From contig NIVC01001504.1 of NCBI GenBank assembly GCA_002269645.1, positions 212,583-276,582 on the forward strand: 64,000 bases of DNA. Reading direction: 5' to 3'. The stretch comes from Macrostomum lignano. Taxonomy: Eukaryota. The notes under the pieces are model-generated. The model ran no database searches and was not told the origin of the DNA. It saw only the letters and a list, made by a program, of their open reading frames with translations. Every line of letters starts with the position of its first letter. Position 1 is the stretch's first letter. Shown piece after piece: positions 44,213-57,620 of this stretch. A program made the translations under genes and the position numbers.

Positions 44213-47200
44213 AAGACAGAGGCAGTTACCTGTGATCATAATCCTCTTCAAGCTCCATCCAGCTGAGACCGCGCCGCTCTATCGAGCCGCACGCCAGCTC
44301 GCGCTGAAATGGGATGAGGATTCAGAATTTCAGTTCCCCAGCTCCCAGTCTCTCGGGTATTGAGGGTCTGATTGAGAACAAAAACTCAAACGCCCACGCG
44401 CTCGATAGTTGAATGGGAGCAATTAGAGCTAGGGATTTCTCTGCCATGCCCAGCGGTAGTCGGCGGAGCGCAGAGGACAATGATGGCAAGCAGCCGGACT
44501 GCGTTCTGGCCCAGAAACGGACACGCCGAATTTGGGAAAGCGGGGAACTTTGATAAGCGGTCGGGGTTTCATAGAAATAGAGGCGAAACACTGGACGGAA
44601 ACGGAAAAAATTAGAAGATTTTTAGCAATGGGATACCAATCAACACTCTCCGTATCTCAGCCTCCATATCTCACTCTCCATATCTCACCCTCCATATCTC
44701 ACCCTCCATATCTCACCCTCCATATCTCACCCTCCATATCTAACCCTCCATGTCTCACCCTCTATATTTACTCTCCATATCTCACTCTTCATATCTCATC
44801 CTCAATATCTCACTCTCCATATCTCATCCTCCATATCTCACTCTCCATATCTCATCCTCCATATCTCACTCTCCATATCTCATCCTCCATATCTAACCCT
44901 CCATATCTCACCCTCTATATTTTACTCTCCATATCTCACTCTCCATATCTCATCCTCCATATCTCATCCTCTATATTTTACTCTCCATATCTCACTCTCC
45001 ATATCTCATCCTCAATATCTCACTCTCCATATCTCATCCTCCATATCTAACCCTCCATATCTCACCCTCTATATTTTACTCTCCATATCTCACTCTTCAT
45101 ATCTCATCCTCCATATCTCACCCTCTATATTTTACTCTCCATATCTCACTCTTCATATCTCATCTTCCATATCTCACTCTCCATATCTCATTCTTCATAT
45201 CTCATCCTCCATATCTCACCCTCTATATTTTACTCTCCATATCTCACTCTTCATATCTCATCTTCCATATCTCACTCTCCATATCTCATTCTCCATATCT
45301 CATCCTCCATATCCTCCATATATCCTCCACTCTATAACCCCCTCTCCTCCATATCTCACTCTCCATATCTCACCCTCCATACCACACCCTTTATATCTCA
45401 CTCTCTATAACCCCCCTCTCCTCCATATCTCACTCTCCATATCTCACCCTCCATACCACACCCTTCATGTCTCACCCTTTATATCTCACTCTCTATAACC
45501 CCCCCTCCTCCATATCTCACCCTCCATACCTCACTCTTTATATATCAGAAGACAGAATCGGGCCGCATTCGCTCCAAATCCAGTCGATTGGGGCGCACTG
45601 GTTTGGCCCGGCTCACGGCTGAGCACGCGGGGAGGGCGTGACTGGAGGGGTGGAGGGACACTAAAGAACAGCGAGGCTCCTCTCACCTCGGCCAAGGCCA
45701 GCAGCCGCTCCAGAGTTTCCACATTGGCAAACAGAAAGAATTTTGCCTCTGAGAATTGCGACCGCCTTTGGCCGGAGTCTGGAAATGGGGAGTTTTCGGG
45801 TCAGAGAGAAGCTGCATCGTTTGAGACTGCGGATTTCAGTCTAGAGAGTATCATCTGATGCCTCATCTACCCACCTGATGCCTCATCTACCCACCTGATG
45901 CCCTATTTATCCACCTGATGCCTCATCTATCCATCTGATGCTCCATCTATCCACCTGATGCCTCATCTATCCACCTGATGCCTCATCTACCCCCCCCCCT
46001 GATGCCCCATCTATCCACCTGATGCCTCATCTATCCATCTGATGCCTCATCTATCCACCTGATGCCTCATCTATCCACCTGATGCCTCATTTATCCACCT
46101 GATGCCTTATCTACCCCCCCCCCTAATGCCTCATCTATCCCCCTAATGCCTCATCTATCCTCCCTGATGCCTCATCTATACACCTGATGCCTCATCTATC
46201 CACCTGATGCCTCCTCTATCCATTTGATGCCTCATTTATCCCCCTGATGCCTCATCTATCCCCCTAATGCCTCATCTATCCCCCCTGATGCCTCATCTAT
46301 CCACCTGATGCCTCATCTATCCACCTGATCCCTCATCTATCCACCTGATGCCTCATCTATCCACCTGATGCCTCCTCTATCCACCTGATCCCTCATCTAT
46401 CCATCTGATACCTCATCTATCACTCCAGCTCACCGCGCCAGTCCCGGCCGGTCAGCAGCAACCCCAGGCTGCTCAAGCGGTCCCTGGCCAGCCTGTATCC
46501 GGGATGGCTCTCCCAGCCTGCCCGGAAAATCGCCTCAAACCGCGACCCGGCCGCTGAGAACTTGGCCAGTTCGTCCCGACTCAGACAGGCAAAGAATTCG
46601 GTCTGGATGAAAGAGCGTGGATGGAGGGACACACTGCAGGTAACACTGGAGGTGGAAGCGTTGGATGGAGGCACACACTGCAGGTAGCACTGGAGGTGGA
46701 AGCGGTGGATGGAGGGACACACTGCAGGTAACACTGGAGGTGGAAGCGGTGGATGGAGGGACACACTGCAGGTAACACTGGAGTTGGAAGCGGTGGATGG
46801 AGGGACACACTGCAGGTAACACTGGAGGTGGAAGCGTTGGATGGAGGCACACACTACTGTCAGCCTACCTCAGAGTCCGAGTACTCCCCCTTGACGCCGA
46901 GCGCCAAGGCCCAGAAGGTTATTCGCGCCAGCAGCCGCGCGCACTCGGCGAATTCAGCGACCTCCAGCTGGCGGCGAAGCTCCTTGGCGGCATCAACGGC
47001 CGGCCGGTAGGGCGGCGGCAGCAGCAGCAGCGGCGCCGGCAGCAGCAGCTCCCGACCGCGGAGGCTGCGAACTCGCCACAGCCAGCTGTCCGAGTTGTCC
47101 AACAGCTGAAGCTCCTCGTCAGCAAATACGGTCTCCTGCAGGACAGGCAGCGGTTGAGTGAGATCTGGCGCTTTGTGATTAGTTGGAGGGGTGGGGGAAC

Positions 47201-49108
47201 AAACCCCTACCCCCAGTGTACACTGGCCACTGGACAGGGTGGAGGAACAAACCCCTACCCCAGTGTACACTGGCCACTGGACAGGGTGGGGGAAGAAACC
47301 CCTACCCTAGTGTACGCTGGCCACTGGACAGTGTGGGGGAACAACCCCTACCCCCAGTGTACACTGGCCACTGGACAGGGTGGGGGAACAACCTCCTACC
47401 CCCAGTGTACACTGGTCACTGGACAGGGTGGGGGAACAAACCCTCCCCCAGTGTACACAAGTCAGCCCGCTAGAGAAGGGGATGGGTGAATAAACCGCTA
47501 CATCCGTACACACCAACCGATGTAGTTGGGGGAGGGTTTGCTCGATGTCGCCGAACTGGACGGTGGTGTGGGTAGCAAACCCTACCCCTGAATTCACCCA
47601 GAGCTCAACAGCGGGCTTACAAACTCGCTCGGCTGGCCGACCACCCTGGCTGAGAAGGCAGCCAGACAGCGGCACCAGGTAGCTTCGGTGATGGCGCCCG
47701 GCCGGCGCAGATGGCAAGGAGCCAGGAGGCGGGCCCGCTGGCTCAGTTGATCCGCTTTGAACTGCCACATGCTGAGTGCGCTGAACATTGACTGACAGGA
47801 TGGGGAGTTAGAGAGACGTGTTATACTACTGAGCAGATACAGTAGTGTTGTTTTGTCAGCTTGCGATAGCAAATAAAACAAAGGCAAATACAAGTACATT
47901 CATGTGCTCATGCAGGAGTCAGCGGAACGAGCAGAGTTGCCTCGCCTCTGGTGGCGGGACGTCGCCGAAGGTTGCGCCAGGGTTCCCGCAGCCCTCCTGC
48001 AACCATTAAGGTTATATAAATACCCAAGCAACCCCTCCATTCCTAGAATCCGAGTCAGTTCCTAGTGGTCTCGGGCTCTAACCTGGGCCACGCCAACCGC
48101 CTCCAGAAAGCGGTCGGCCGCCCCAGCCGAGTCGTCCCATCGCTGGCCGACCCAGCTGGCGAGGCGGTGTCGGGCAGATGCGAGGCTAGCCGGAGCGGCC
48201 GCCCGCAACAGGCGGAGCTCCCGGTGGAAGGCGGCAAAGTCGGCCGCGTGCCGCAGCTGGCAGGCCGAGCAGTCAGCCAGGACGGCGAGCTCGGCGGCGC
48301 CCGACCGGAGAGTCGCCACGTCGAGGAACAGCCGCCTGCCGACAGCTTCGTGGTCTTCTGCGTCGGCGGCGCTGTCTCCAGCTTCGACGAAGGTCATCAC
48401 TGACGTCGCCGAAGACTCATTGAAGGCGGCGGCTGCGTCGATCAGGCCGAGCTCCGACTGCATCGCCGACAACTGCCGCGGCACATTGTAAGGGCATATA
48501 CATGTACGAGGGCAAGTCTTGGCTTGACTGCATACGTACGAGTGCAGTACACTATAAAGAGAATGCGGCAATATTGGCCGTTGTCACAAGTTCCGGTAGC
48601 AACTAAACAGAAGTTCTGTCCAAGAGGTAAATTCATGGCCAGCTAAAGCAGAACGCTACAACTCGATTTTCCAAGAAAAAAGCCGGTAAAGAACTCATGT
48701 CGCATCGACAGTGCATTCAGTGTTTTCGCAACCGAATTTGTCTATGGCAAAACCCCTTTTAGCGATATGCGTTCTCTATGCGCATATCGTACGCTGCTTG
48801 CCGGCCTTCAGCTCATTTCTAAGAAAATCCAGTGTCGCGTCCTTCTACTTCAAATGTCCATGTGGATGGAAATGGAACTCCTTCGGAATGTCCTTCGGAA
48901 AGAAACTGGCCTACTAGGAAGTCTCGCAGATCTTTGAACCACTGAAAAAACGCACCGCCAGCCGCTGAGTCGCCAGCCCAACCGCATCCATCGTCCCGGC
49001 CACGTCCGAGTCCAGCGATTGACTTCGCGAAGCCTTGGCCGATTTCAGTTCGTCCAACAGCGCCGGCTGCCGCGGCCTGTTGAAGGGGAAGATTCGCGGC
49101 CGCTGCAT
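42045..49108 (-). CDS. Shortened plakin-family protein (partial plakin domain with SH3, then plectin-type repeats), ~713 aa; start uncertain
   Basis: Exons 49111-48956, 48472-48083, 47791-47621, 47135-46869, 46602-46434, 45778-45687, 44303-44230, 43905-43793, 42757-42045; all GT-AG and in phase. Plakin SH3: [45 protein letters not shown]. Plectin repeats: [24 protein letters not shown] and [20 protein letters not shown]...[10 protein letters not shown]. Confidence 0.82.
42440..42562 (-). repeat. Coding 18-bp repeat x~7 (KDVGDG) in the last plakin exon
   Basis: In-frame tandem copies of ATCTCCGACATCTTTGCC. Confidence 0.92.
42779..43470 (-). repeat. 37-bp satellite family, copy 3 (reverse orientation), last plakin intron
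   Basis: About 18 copies of CTAGATTAGCAATCCATTCTATTCCYTCATCAGTGGG. Confidence 0.97.
43941..44220. repeat. (GACA)n microsatellite, plakin intron
   Basis: Near-pure tetranucleotide. Confidence 0.97.
44655..45530. repeat. Degenerate ~13-bp repeat (CTCCATATCTCAC/T), plakin intron
   Basis: Tandem degenerate copies. Confidence 0.92.
45855..46420. repeat. 20-bp minisatellite (CCACCTGATGCCTCATCTAT), plakin intron
   Basis: Tandem copies. Confidence 0.94.
46618..46855. repeat. 44-bp minisatellite (GGATGGAGGGACACACTGCAGGTAACACTGGAGGTGGAAGCGGT), plakin intron
   Basis: About 5.5 copies filling a 266-bp intron. Confidence 0.94.
47188..47460. repeat. ~49-bp minisatellite containing the 14-bp palindrome CCAGTGTACACTGG, plakin intron
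   Basis: About 5.5 copies. Confidence 0.92.
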
Positions 49109-49656
49109 CCACTAAGAGGCTTGAGTTGAGAACGCAGCAGAGCACAGTGGAACTTGCCGGGCCGAGATGAGACCGAATATATGGAGCAGGGCAGTAAACT
49201 GGCACTTAATAACCTCTGACCCACCCCCGCGCTGAGCAGCCATTCAGGCTAGCAAGCCGTGCTCGAGTGCTGGCGAGATGCGACTCTCGACTTGGTTTTC
49301 TCTCGCTGTTGAAGTGCTAAACAGGATTTTACGCTTCATCATTTGGATTTATCTGACCGCGGGGCAGCCCAGCAGTGCAATTATCAATCTCATACAGCTT
49401 GACATTCACTGCTCTGCTCCCGTGACCCACGCAGAGCCCTCACAGAATGCGAGAATTGATAGCTCGGCTTTGGACACGCGCAAACTGTTTTATTGGCAGG
49501 TGGGGCGGCCAGTCTGGGGGCAATTAACCGGCGCCAGAGATTTTATGAGCAGCGGCCACCTGACTGCAGCTGGGCTCTGAGAGACTGCTCTGATATTATT
49601 TTATTTGTTTTTTACTTGGAACCTGCAGTTTAGGAGCTTGACGCGTTCTCTTCTAG

Positions 49657-51992
49657 CCAGTGTGAGAGCTGTCCCTATCCAGTGTGAGAGCTGTCCCTAT
49701 CCAGTGTGAGAGCTGTCCCTATTGAATGTGAGAGCAGTCCCTATCCAGTGTGAGAGCTGTCCCTATCCAGTGTGAGAGCTGTCCCCATCCAGTGAGAGAG
49801 CTGTCCCTATCCGGTGTGAGAGCTGTCTCCATCCAGTGAGAGCTGTCCCTATCCAGTGTGAGAGCTGTCCCTATCCGGTGTGAGAGCTGTCTCCATCCAG
49901 TGAGAGAGCTGTCCCTATCCAGTGTGAGAGCTGTCCCTATCCAGTGTGAGAGCTGTCCCTATCCGGTGTGAGAGCTGTCCCTATCCAGTGTGAGAGCTGT
50001 CTCTATCCAGTGTGAGAGCTGTCCCTTTCCAGTGTGAGAGCTGTCTCCATCCAGTGAGAGAGCTGTCCCTATCCAGTGTGAGAGCTGTCCCTATCCAGTG
50101 TGAGAGCTGTCCCTATCCGGTGTGAGAGCTGTCCCTATTGAATGTGAGAGCTGTCCCTATCCAGTGTGAGAGCTGTCTCCATCCAGTGTGAGAGCTGTCC
50201 CTATTCAGTGTGAGAGCTGTCCCTATCCAGTGTGAGAGCTGTCCCTATCCAGTGTGAGAGCTGTCCCCATCCAGTGAGAGAGCTGTCCCTACCCGGTGTG
50301 AGAGCTGTCTCCATCCAGTGAGAGCTGTCCCTATCCAGTGTGAGAGCTGTCCCTATCCGGTGTGAGAGCTGTCTCCATCCAGTGAGAGAGCTGTCTCTAT
50401 CCAGTGTGAGAGCTGTCTCCATCCAGTGTGAGAGCTGTCTCCATCCAGTGTGAGAGCTGTCTCCATCCAGTGTGAGAGCTGTCTCCATCCAGTGTGAGAG
50501 CTGTCTCCATCCAGTGTGAGAGCTGTCTCTATCCAGTGTGAGAGCTGTCTCCATCCAGTGTGAGAGCTGTCTCCATCCAGTGTGAGAGCTGTCCCTATCC
50601 AGTGTGAGAGCTGTCTCCATCCAGTGTGAGAGCTGTCTCCATCCAGTGAGAGAGCTGTCCCTATCCAGTGTGAGAGCTGTCTCCATCCAGTGTGAGAGCT
50701 GTCTCCATCCAGTGTGAGAGCTGTCTCCATCCAGTGTGAGAGCTGTCCCTATCCAGTGTGAGAGCTGTCCCTATCCGGTGTGAGAGCTGTCCCTATCCAG
50801 TGAGAGAGCTGTCCCTATTGAATGTGAGAGCTGTCCCTATCCAGTGTGAGAGCTGTCTCCATCCAGTGAGAGAGCTGTCCCTATCCAGTGTGAGAGCTGT
50901 CTCCATCCAGTGTGAGAGCTGTCTCCATCCAGTGAGAGAGCAGTCCCTATCCAGTGTGAGAGCTGTCCCTATCCAGTGTGAGAGCTGTCTCCATCCAGTG
51001 TGAGAGCTGTCTCTATCCAGTGTGAGAGCTGTCTCCATCCAGTGTGAGAGCTGTCTCCATCCAGTGTGAGAGCTGTCCCTATCCAGTGTGAGAGCTGTCC
51101 CTATCCGGTGTGAGAGCTGTCCCTATCCAGTGAGAGAGCTGTCCCTATTGAATGTGAGAGCTGTCCCTATCCAGTGTGAGAGCTGTCTCCATCCAGTGAG
51201 AGAGCTGTCCCTATCCAGTGTGAGAGCTGTCTCCATCCAGTGTGAGAGCTGTCTCCATCCAGTGTGAGAGCTGTCTCTATCCAGTGTGAGAGCTGTCCCT
51301 ATCCAGTGTGAGAGCTGTCCCTATCCAGTGTGAGAGCTGTCCCTATCCAGTGTGAGAGCTGTCTCCATCCAGTGTGAGAGCTGTCTCCATCCAGTGTGAG
51401 AGCTGTCTCTATCCAGTGTGAGAGCTGTCTCCATCCAGTGTGAGAGCTGTCTCCATCCAGTGTGAGAGCTGTCCCTATCCAGTGTGAGAGCTGTCTCCAT
51501 CCAGTGTGAGAGCTGTCTCCATCCAGTGAGAGAGCTGTCCCTATCCAGTGTGAGAGCTGTCTCCATCCAGTGTGAGAGCTGTCTCTATCCAGTGAGAGAG
51601 CTGTCCCTATCCAGTGTGAGAGCTGTCTCCATCCAGTGTGAGAGCTGTCTCCATCCAGTGAGAGAGCTGTCCCTATCCAGTGTGAGAGCTGTCCCTATCC
51701 AGTGTGAGAGCTGTCTCCATCCAGTGTGAGAGCTGTCCCTATCCAGTGTGAGAGCTGTCCCTATCCAGTGTGAGAGCTGTCTCCATCCAGTGTGAGAGCT
51801 GTCTCCATCCAGTGAGAGAGCTGTCCCTATCCAGTGTGAGAGCTGTCTCCATCCAGTGTGAGAGCTGTCTCCATCCAGTGTGAGAGCTGTCCCTATCCAG
51901 TGTGAGAGCTGTCTCCATCCAGTGTGAGAGCTGTCTCCATCCAGTGAGAGAGCTGTCCCTATCCAGTGTGAGAGCTGTCTCCATCCAGTGAG
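49657..51992. repeat. 22-bp minisatellite x~105 (CCAGTGTGAGAGCTGTCCCTAT/CTCCAT), between DNAJC19 and the plakin gene
   Basis: Longest array in the window. Confidence 0.98.
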
Positions 51993-52333
51993 ACAGGATG
52001 TCAAACAGATGATGAACAGAGGCTGCATAGACAAATATTAGATGGCAGGTACGAGCTAAAATTTGAGCAGTGCAGCCAAATCCACAACACTGATCACTGA
52101 TTCTGTTCTGTATGTTTTGCCACACAAAAATGCTAGCAATTACAAGAATAGCGCAAGGAAATACAAAGATGATCTTGTTAATCTTTGAGTGAACGCAGTT
52201 CCTCAATATAAGCATAGAATGCGCCGAGAGGCCAGTCGGACCTCACAGCAACGGGATACATCGGGAAATACGCGCTACATTCTACTGAGTGCCAAGGAGT
52301 GTCTGACTACTGAGGCTGAGGAGGCGGTCCTCG

Positions 52334-53703
52334 TCACTTCTCCAGTACGTCTTTCGCCTCGTTGATTTTGGAAGCCAAATAGGGCGATCCGCCTGGAAAT
52401 TGCCGGGAGCATCCATTACTCAATCTGCATTGCCGTAGTCACTCGCGTTTCCTGCTTTGCCTGTCCTTTCCCACCTCTGTCCTTCCCCATCCCACCTCTG
52501 TCCTTCCCTATCCCACCTGTCCTTCCCGATCCCACGTCTGCCCTTCCCGATCCCACCTCTGCCCTTCCCGATCCCACCTCTGTCCGCCCCGATCCCATCC
52601 ACTGTCCACCCCGATCCCATCCACTCTGTCCACCCCGATCCCATCCACTCTGTCCACCCCGATCTCATCCACTGTCCGCTCCGATCCCATCCAATCTGTC
52701 CACCCCGATCCCATCCACTCTGTCCACCCCGATCCCATCCACTCTGTCCACCCCGATCCCATCCACTCTGTCCACCCCGATCCCATCCACTCTGTCCACC
52801 CCGATCCCATCCACTCTGTCCACCCCGATCCCATCCACTCTGTCCGCCCCGATCTCATCCACTGTCCGCTCCGATCCCATCCAATCTGTCCACCCCGATC
52901 CCATCCACTCTGTCCACCCCGATCCCATCCACTCTGTCCACCCCGATCCCATCCACTCTGTCCACCCCGATCCCATCCACTCTGTCCGCCCCGATCTCAT
53001 CCACTGTCCGCTCCGATCCCATCCAATCTGTCCACCCCGATCCCATCCACTCTGTCCACCCCGATCCCATCCACTCTGTCCACCCCAATCCCATTCACTC
53101 TGTCCACCCCGATCCCATCCACTCTGTCCACCCCGATCCCATCCACTCTGTCCACCCCGATCCCATCCACTCTGTCCACCCCGATCCCATCCACTCTGTC
53201 CACCCTGATCCCCTCCACTGTCCACCAATCCTGGCACTTGCCTCTATCCGGGTGGTTCAGCAGCATGATCTTCTTGTGCGCTTCCTTGATTTTGTTTTTG
53301 GACGCAGTTTGGCTGAAACGGAGCAACAGAAGAGCGAGTGAGGCTAGGCTGCTGGCATTGGCTGGGTCTGGAAGTTGCCCTCATGGGCAACAATCGCAGA
53401 GGCCCCAAAATGAACTCGACCGCGCACACAATCAATTTGGTGCGAGGCTCGGATGCCCTGCCCACCCCCTGTTTCTGGCGTTGCCACCCAAACTCAGAGA
53501 GCAGCAACCAACCTGACTTCCAAGATCCTTGCCGCCTCGCGCTTGCTCATCTTGACCTCGAAGCCGCCGGGCGGGTACTTGGACAGCTCAGGCAGGCGGA
53601 GCATCGCCGCGAACTGCTGCGGATTTTTCACCCGGCTGAGCAGAAACCGGCCGCCGAATCCCACGGCCGCCAGGAACAGCCCGCCAACCACTAAGGAGGA
53701 CAT
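52334..53703 (-). CDS. DNAJC19: Mitochondrial import motor J-protein Tim14/Pam18, 106 aa
   Basis: Exons 53703-53513, 53312-53242, 52392-52334. Motifs: [52 protein letters not shown]. Intron 2 is GC-AG. Confidence 0.95.
52480..53225. repeat. 24-bp minisatellite (CCCCGATCCCATCCACTCTGTCCA), DNAJC19 intron 2
   Basis: Tandem copies. Confidence 0.95.
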
Positions 53704-53734
53704 CCGGCAGAAATGCGGGAGGGAGCTACTGGCT

Positions 53735-54575
53735 AATGCATTCTCTATCCCCATGCTCAATGCATTCTCTATCCCCATGCTCAATGCATTCTCTATCCCC
53801 ATGCTCAATGCATTCTCTATCCCCCATGCTCAATGCATTCTCTATCCCCATGCTCAATGCATTCTCTATCCCCCATGCTCAATGCATTCTCTATCCCCAT
53901 GCTCAATGCATTCTCTATCCCCATGCTCAATGCATTCTCTATCCCCATGCTCAATGCATTCTCTATCCCCATGCTCAATGCATTCTCTATCCCCATGCTC
54001 AATGCATTCTCTATCCCCCATGCTCAATGCATTCTCTATCCCCCATGCTCAATGCATTCTCTATCCCCATGCTCAATGCATTCTCTATCCCCGATGCTCA
54101 ATGCATTCTCTATACCCCATGCTCAATGCATTCTCTACCCCCCATGCTCAATGCATTCTCTATCCCCATGCTCAATGCATTCTCTATCCCCATGCTCAAT
54201 GCATTCTCTATCCCCCATGCTCAATGCATTCTCTATCCCCATGCTCAATGCATTCTCTATCCCCCATTCTCAATGCATTCTCTATCCTAATGCATTCCCA
54301 ATGCCTAATTAATGCATTCCCAATGCCTAATGCATTCCCAATGCCTAATGCATTCCCAATGCCTAATGCATTCCCAATGCCTAATTAATGCATTCCCAAT
54401 GCCTAATGCATTCCCAATGCCTAATTAATGCATTCCCAATGCCTAATGCATTCCCAATGCCTAATGCATTCCCAATGCCTAATGAATGCATTCCCAATGC
54501 CTAATGCATTCCCAATGCCTAATGCATTCCCAATGCCTAATGAATTCCCAATGCCTAATGCATTCCCAATGCCGA
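53735..54575. repeat. Linked arrays: 24-25-bp CCCCATGCTCAATGCATTCTCTAT then 18-bp CCCAATGCCTAATGCATT, between UBE2N and DNAJC19
   Basis: Shared ATGCyyAATGCATT core; switch near 54290. Confidence 0.95.
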
Positions 54576-54997
54576 ATGCAAACAACAAAATCGAAACAAG
54601 AGGAAAAAAAGCAAGTCGGGAAACAAAACTGCCAGACAGGCGGCATCTGTGAACAGAATTTCGCATTTGCAGCAAATATTACTTTATTATAATTAGTTTA
54701 GATAGACATTTGACATAAGACTGTGTTACAGACAAGGAACCGGTGGATTGGAGGGTGAAGCCTCCGCCGCAGTCGCACTGGATATCAGAGCTACCTGGCA
54801 GCCACTGCAGAGGCCCACAGAAGCAGGCGGTGAGGAGGGGGCGGGGCCGGTGAGTCGGGGACCAGACCGGGCAGAAGGCCGGAAAGAACCGTCAGTCAGT
54901 CAGTGCTCAGGAGCATGTTGGGTATTACGAATGCCGATGATAGTTGCGGGTACGCGAGTAGACAAAGAAAGCAAAGTCAGGCTGAAGGGCCGGCCGG

Positions 54998-55453
54998 TCA
55001 CGTGGGCTTCGCGTAGTTGCGCGTCCACTCGCGCGCGTTGCGAATGGCCTCCGGCTCGTTGTTCTTCCACAGCTCGGCAATGTCGTTCTCCAGCGGATCG
55101 TCGGGATTCGGCGCGCTGAGCAGCGCCTGGATGGACAGCAGCACGGTGCGGATCTGCAGCGCCGGGCTCCACTTGTCCTTCAGGATGTCCAGGCAGATGC
55201 GGCCCAGCCGGTCTATGTTGGGGTGGTAAATCTTCGTCATGAACCGCACCTTGGGCGCGTTCATCGGGTACTCCTCGGGCAGGAACAGCTCCAGACGGAA
55301 CACGCCGCCCTCGTACGGGCTGTCGTTCGGCCCGTGCACCGTCACCTGGAAGTAGCGCGCGTTCGCTTCGTTCGGCGTGGCCTCGATGCCCTCCACCGGC
55401 TCCGCCATCAGACGCTGCGTCTCCTTGATGATGCGACGCGGCAGGCCGGCCAT
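54998..55453 (-). CDS. UBE2N: Ubiquitin-conjugating enzyme E2 N (Ubc13), 151 aa, intronless CDS
   Basis: [15 protein letters not shown]...[51 protein letters not shown]. Confidence 0.98.
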   Translation of the reverse strand: MAGLPRRIIKETQRLMAEPVEGIEATPNEANARYFQVTVHGPNDSPYEGGVFRLELFLPEEYPMNAPKVRFMTKIYHPNIDRLGRICLDILKDKWSPALQIRTVLLSIQALLSAPNPDDPLENDIAELWKNNEPEAIRNAREWTRNYAKPT

Positions 55454-55493
55454 TGAAGAGCCTGGCTCTGCGGGTGCGGCCGGGCTATGCTGC

Positions 55494-56912
55494 TCTACTG
55501 ACAGTAGCATGATACTAATCTGATCAATGCCCTACTGACAGTAGCATGGTACTAATCTGATCAATGCCCTACTGACAGTAGCATGGTACTAATCTGATCA
55601 ATGCCCTACTGACAGTAGCATGATACTAATCTGATCAATGCCCTACTAACAGTAGCATGATACTAATCTGATCAGTGCTCTGCTGACAGTAGCATGGTAC
55701 TAATCTGATCAATGCCCTACTGACAGTAGCATGGTACTAATCTGATCAATGCCCTACTGACAGTAGCATGATACTAATCTGATCAGTGCTCTGCTGACAG
55801 TAGCATGATACTAATCTGATCAGTGCTCTGCTGACAGTAGCATGATACTAATCTGATCAGTGCTCTGCTGACAGTAGCATGGTACTAATCTGATCAATGC
55901 CCTACTGACAGTAGCATGGTACTAATCTGATCAATGCCCTACTGACAGTAGCATGATACTAATCTGATCAGTGCTCTGCTGACAGTAGCATGATACTAAT
56001 CTGATCAGTGCTCTGCTGACAGTAGCATGGTACTAATCTGATCAATGCCCTACTGACAGTAGCATGGTACTAATCTGATCAATGCCCTACTGACAGTAGC
56101 ATGATACTAATCTGATCAGTGCTCTGCTGACAGTAGCATGATACTAATCTGATCAGTGCTCTGCTGACAGTAGCATGATACTAATCTGATCAGTGCTCTG
56201 CTGACAGTAGCATGGTACTAATCTGATCAATGCCCTACTGACAGTAGCATGGTACTAATCTGATCAATGCCCTACTGACAGTAGCATGATACTAATCTGA
56301 TCAATGCCCTACTGACAGTAGCATGATACTAATCTGATCAATGCCCTACTGACAGTAGCATGATACTAATCTGATCAGTGCTCTGCTGACAGTAGCATGG
56401 TACTAATCTGATCAATGCCCTACTGACAGTAGCATGGTACTAATCTGATCAATGCCCTACTGACAGTAGCATGGTACTAATCTGATCAATGCCCTACTGA
56501 CAGTAGCATGGTACTAATCTGATCAATGCCCTACTGACAGTAGCATGATACTAATCTGATCAGTGCTCTGCTGACAGTAGCATGGTACTAATCTGATCAA
56601 TGCCCTACTGACAGTAGCATGGTACTAATCTGATCAATGCCCTACTGACAGTAGCATGATACTAATCTGATCAGTGCTCTGCTGACAGTAGCATGATACT
56701 AATCTGATCAGTGCTCTGCTGACAGTAGCATGATACTAATCTGATCAGTGCTCTGCTGACAGTAGCATGATACTAATCTGATCAGTGCTCTGCTGACAGT
56801 AGCATGATACTAATCTGATCAGTGCTCTGCTGACAGTAGCATGATACTAATCTGATCAATGCCCTACTGACAGTAGCATGATACTAATCTGATCAGTGCT
56901 CTGCTGACAGTA
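55494..56912. repeat. 37-bp minisatellite (CTGACAGTAGCATGATACTAATCTGATCAATGCCCTA and variant), upstream of UBE2N
   Basis: About 38 copies with two interspersed variants; unrelated to the 16467 family. Confidence 0.97.
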
Positions 56913-57512
56913 GTAGGAGGCTGGCTACTCAAATGAAATGAAACAAGACTCAAAGCCAAGTTCCCGAGCAGAATAAAATCGAAGATAATAATTAGTGTCC
57001 CAATATTTTATCCCCGAGACGTTGGGAATCGCAGGAAGACAAAATAAGACGCAGGAGAATTCTTTTACAAAGAAATCTTAGCAGCAAAGTTTTACTCAAA
57101 ATTGCCTCACCCGGTGAGAGAACAAATGACCAAAAAAGCAATTAAAAAAGAAAACTGTAATAACAGAGAAGAGAAAGTCTTTCTGTCAGTGTCGGCAAAA
57201 CAAAACGTTGAACTGGAAGCCGATGCGATGAAGGAAGCTGAGGCAGTGGAGGAAACAGGATCGAGAAGTCTCCGACAAAGCGAATAAAAACAAATAACAA
57301 AAAAGAGTAAAAAGACAAATCTGAGATTCAGAACTCTTATTGTAGCAAGCAGGTGGGCAAAGAGCGGCAACGCGAGCCGCAGACTGCTCAAGCAGATGGA
57401 GGCTGAGCTGCTCTGGGGAAGAGTCGTACCAGAGTTCCATTTCTTGCACGACCGCACAATAAGACTAAGAGCTCGCGCTTGTCATGCGATTCAAGCCCAG
57501 CTGAGGGCCCGA

Positions 57513-57620
57513 TTGATTTCCGCAGCTGCCCCCGCGAGCTAACCAGCTAAACCTTTGTTATCTGCATTGATTTCCGCAGCTGCCCCCGCGAGCTAACCAG
57601 CTAAACCTTTGTTATCTAAA
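57513..57620. repeat. 54-bp direct duplication
   Basis: TTGATTTCCGCAGCTGCCCCCGCGAGCTAACCAGCTAAACCTTTGTTATCT at 57513 and 57567. Confidence 0.9.

Noticed and set aside
57186-57449. 87-aa minus ORF (ELWYDSSPEQLSLHLL...) as a downstream exon of the 58-aa ORF
   Set aside because: The strong donor at the 58-aa ORF end is phase 2 and does not join this frame; the 3' half is T-rich UTR-like. Left unresolved.
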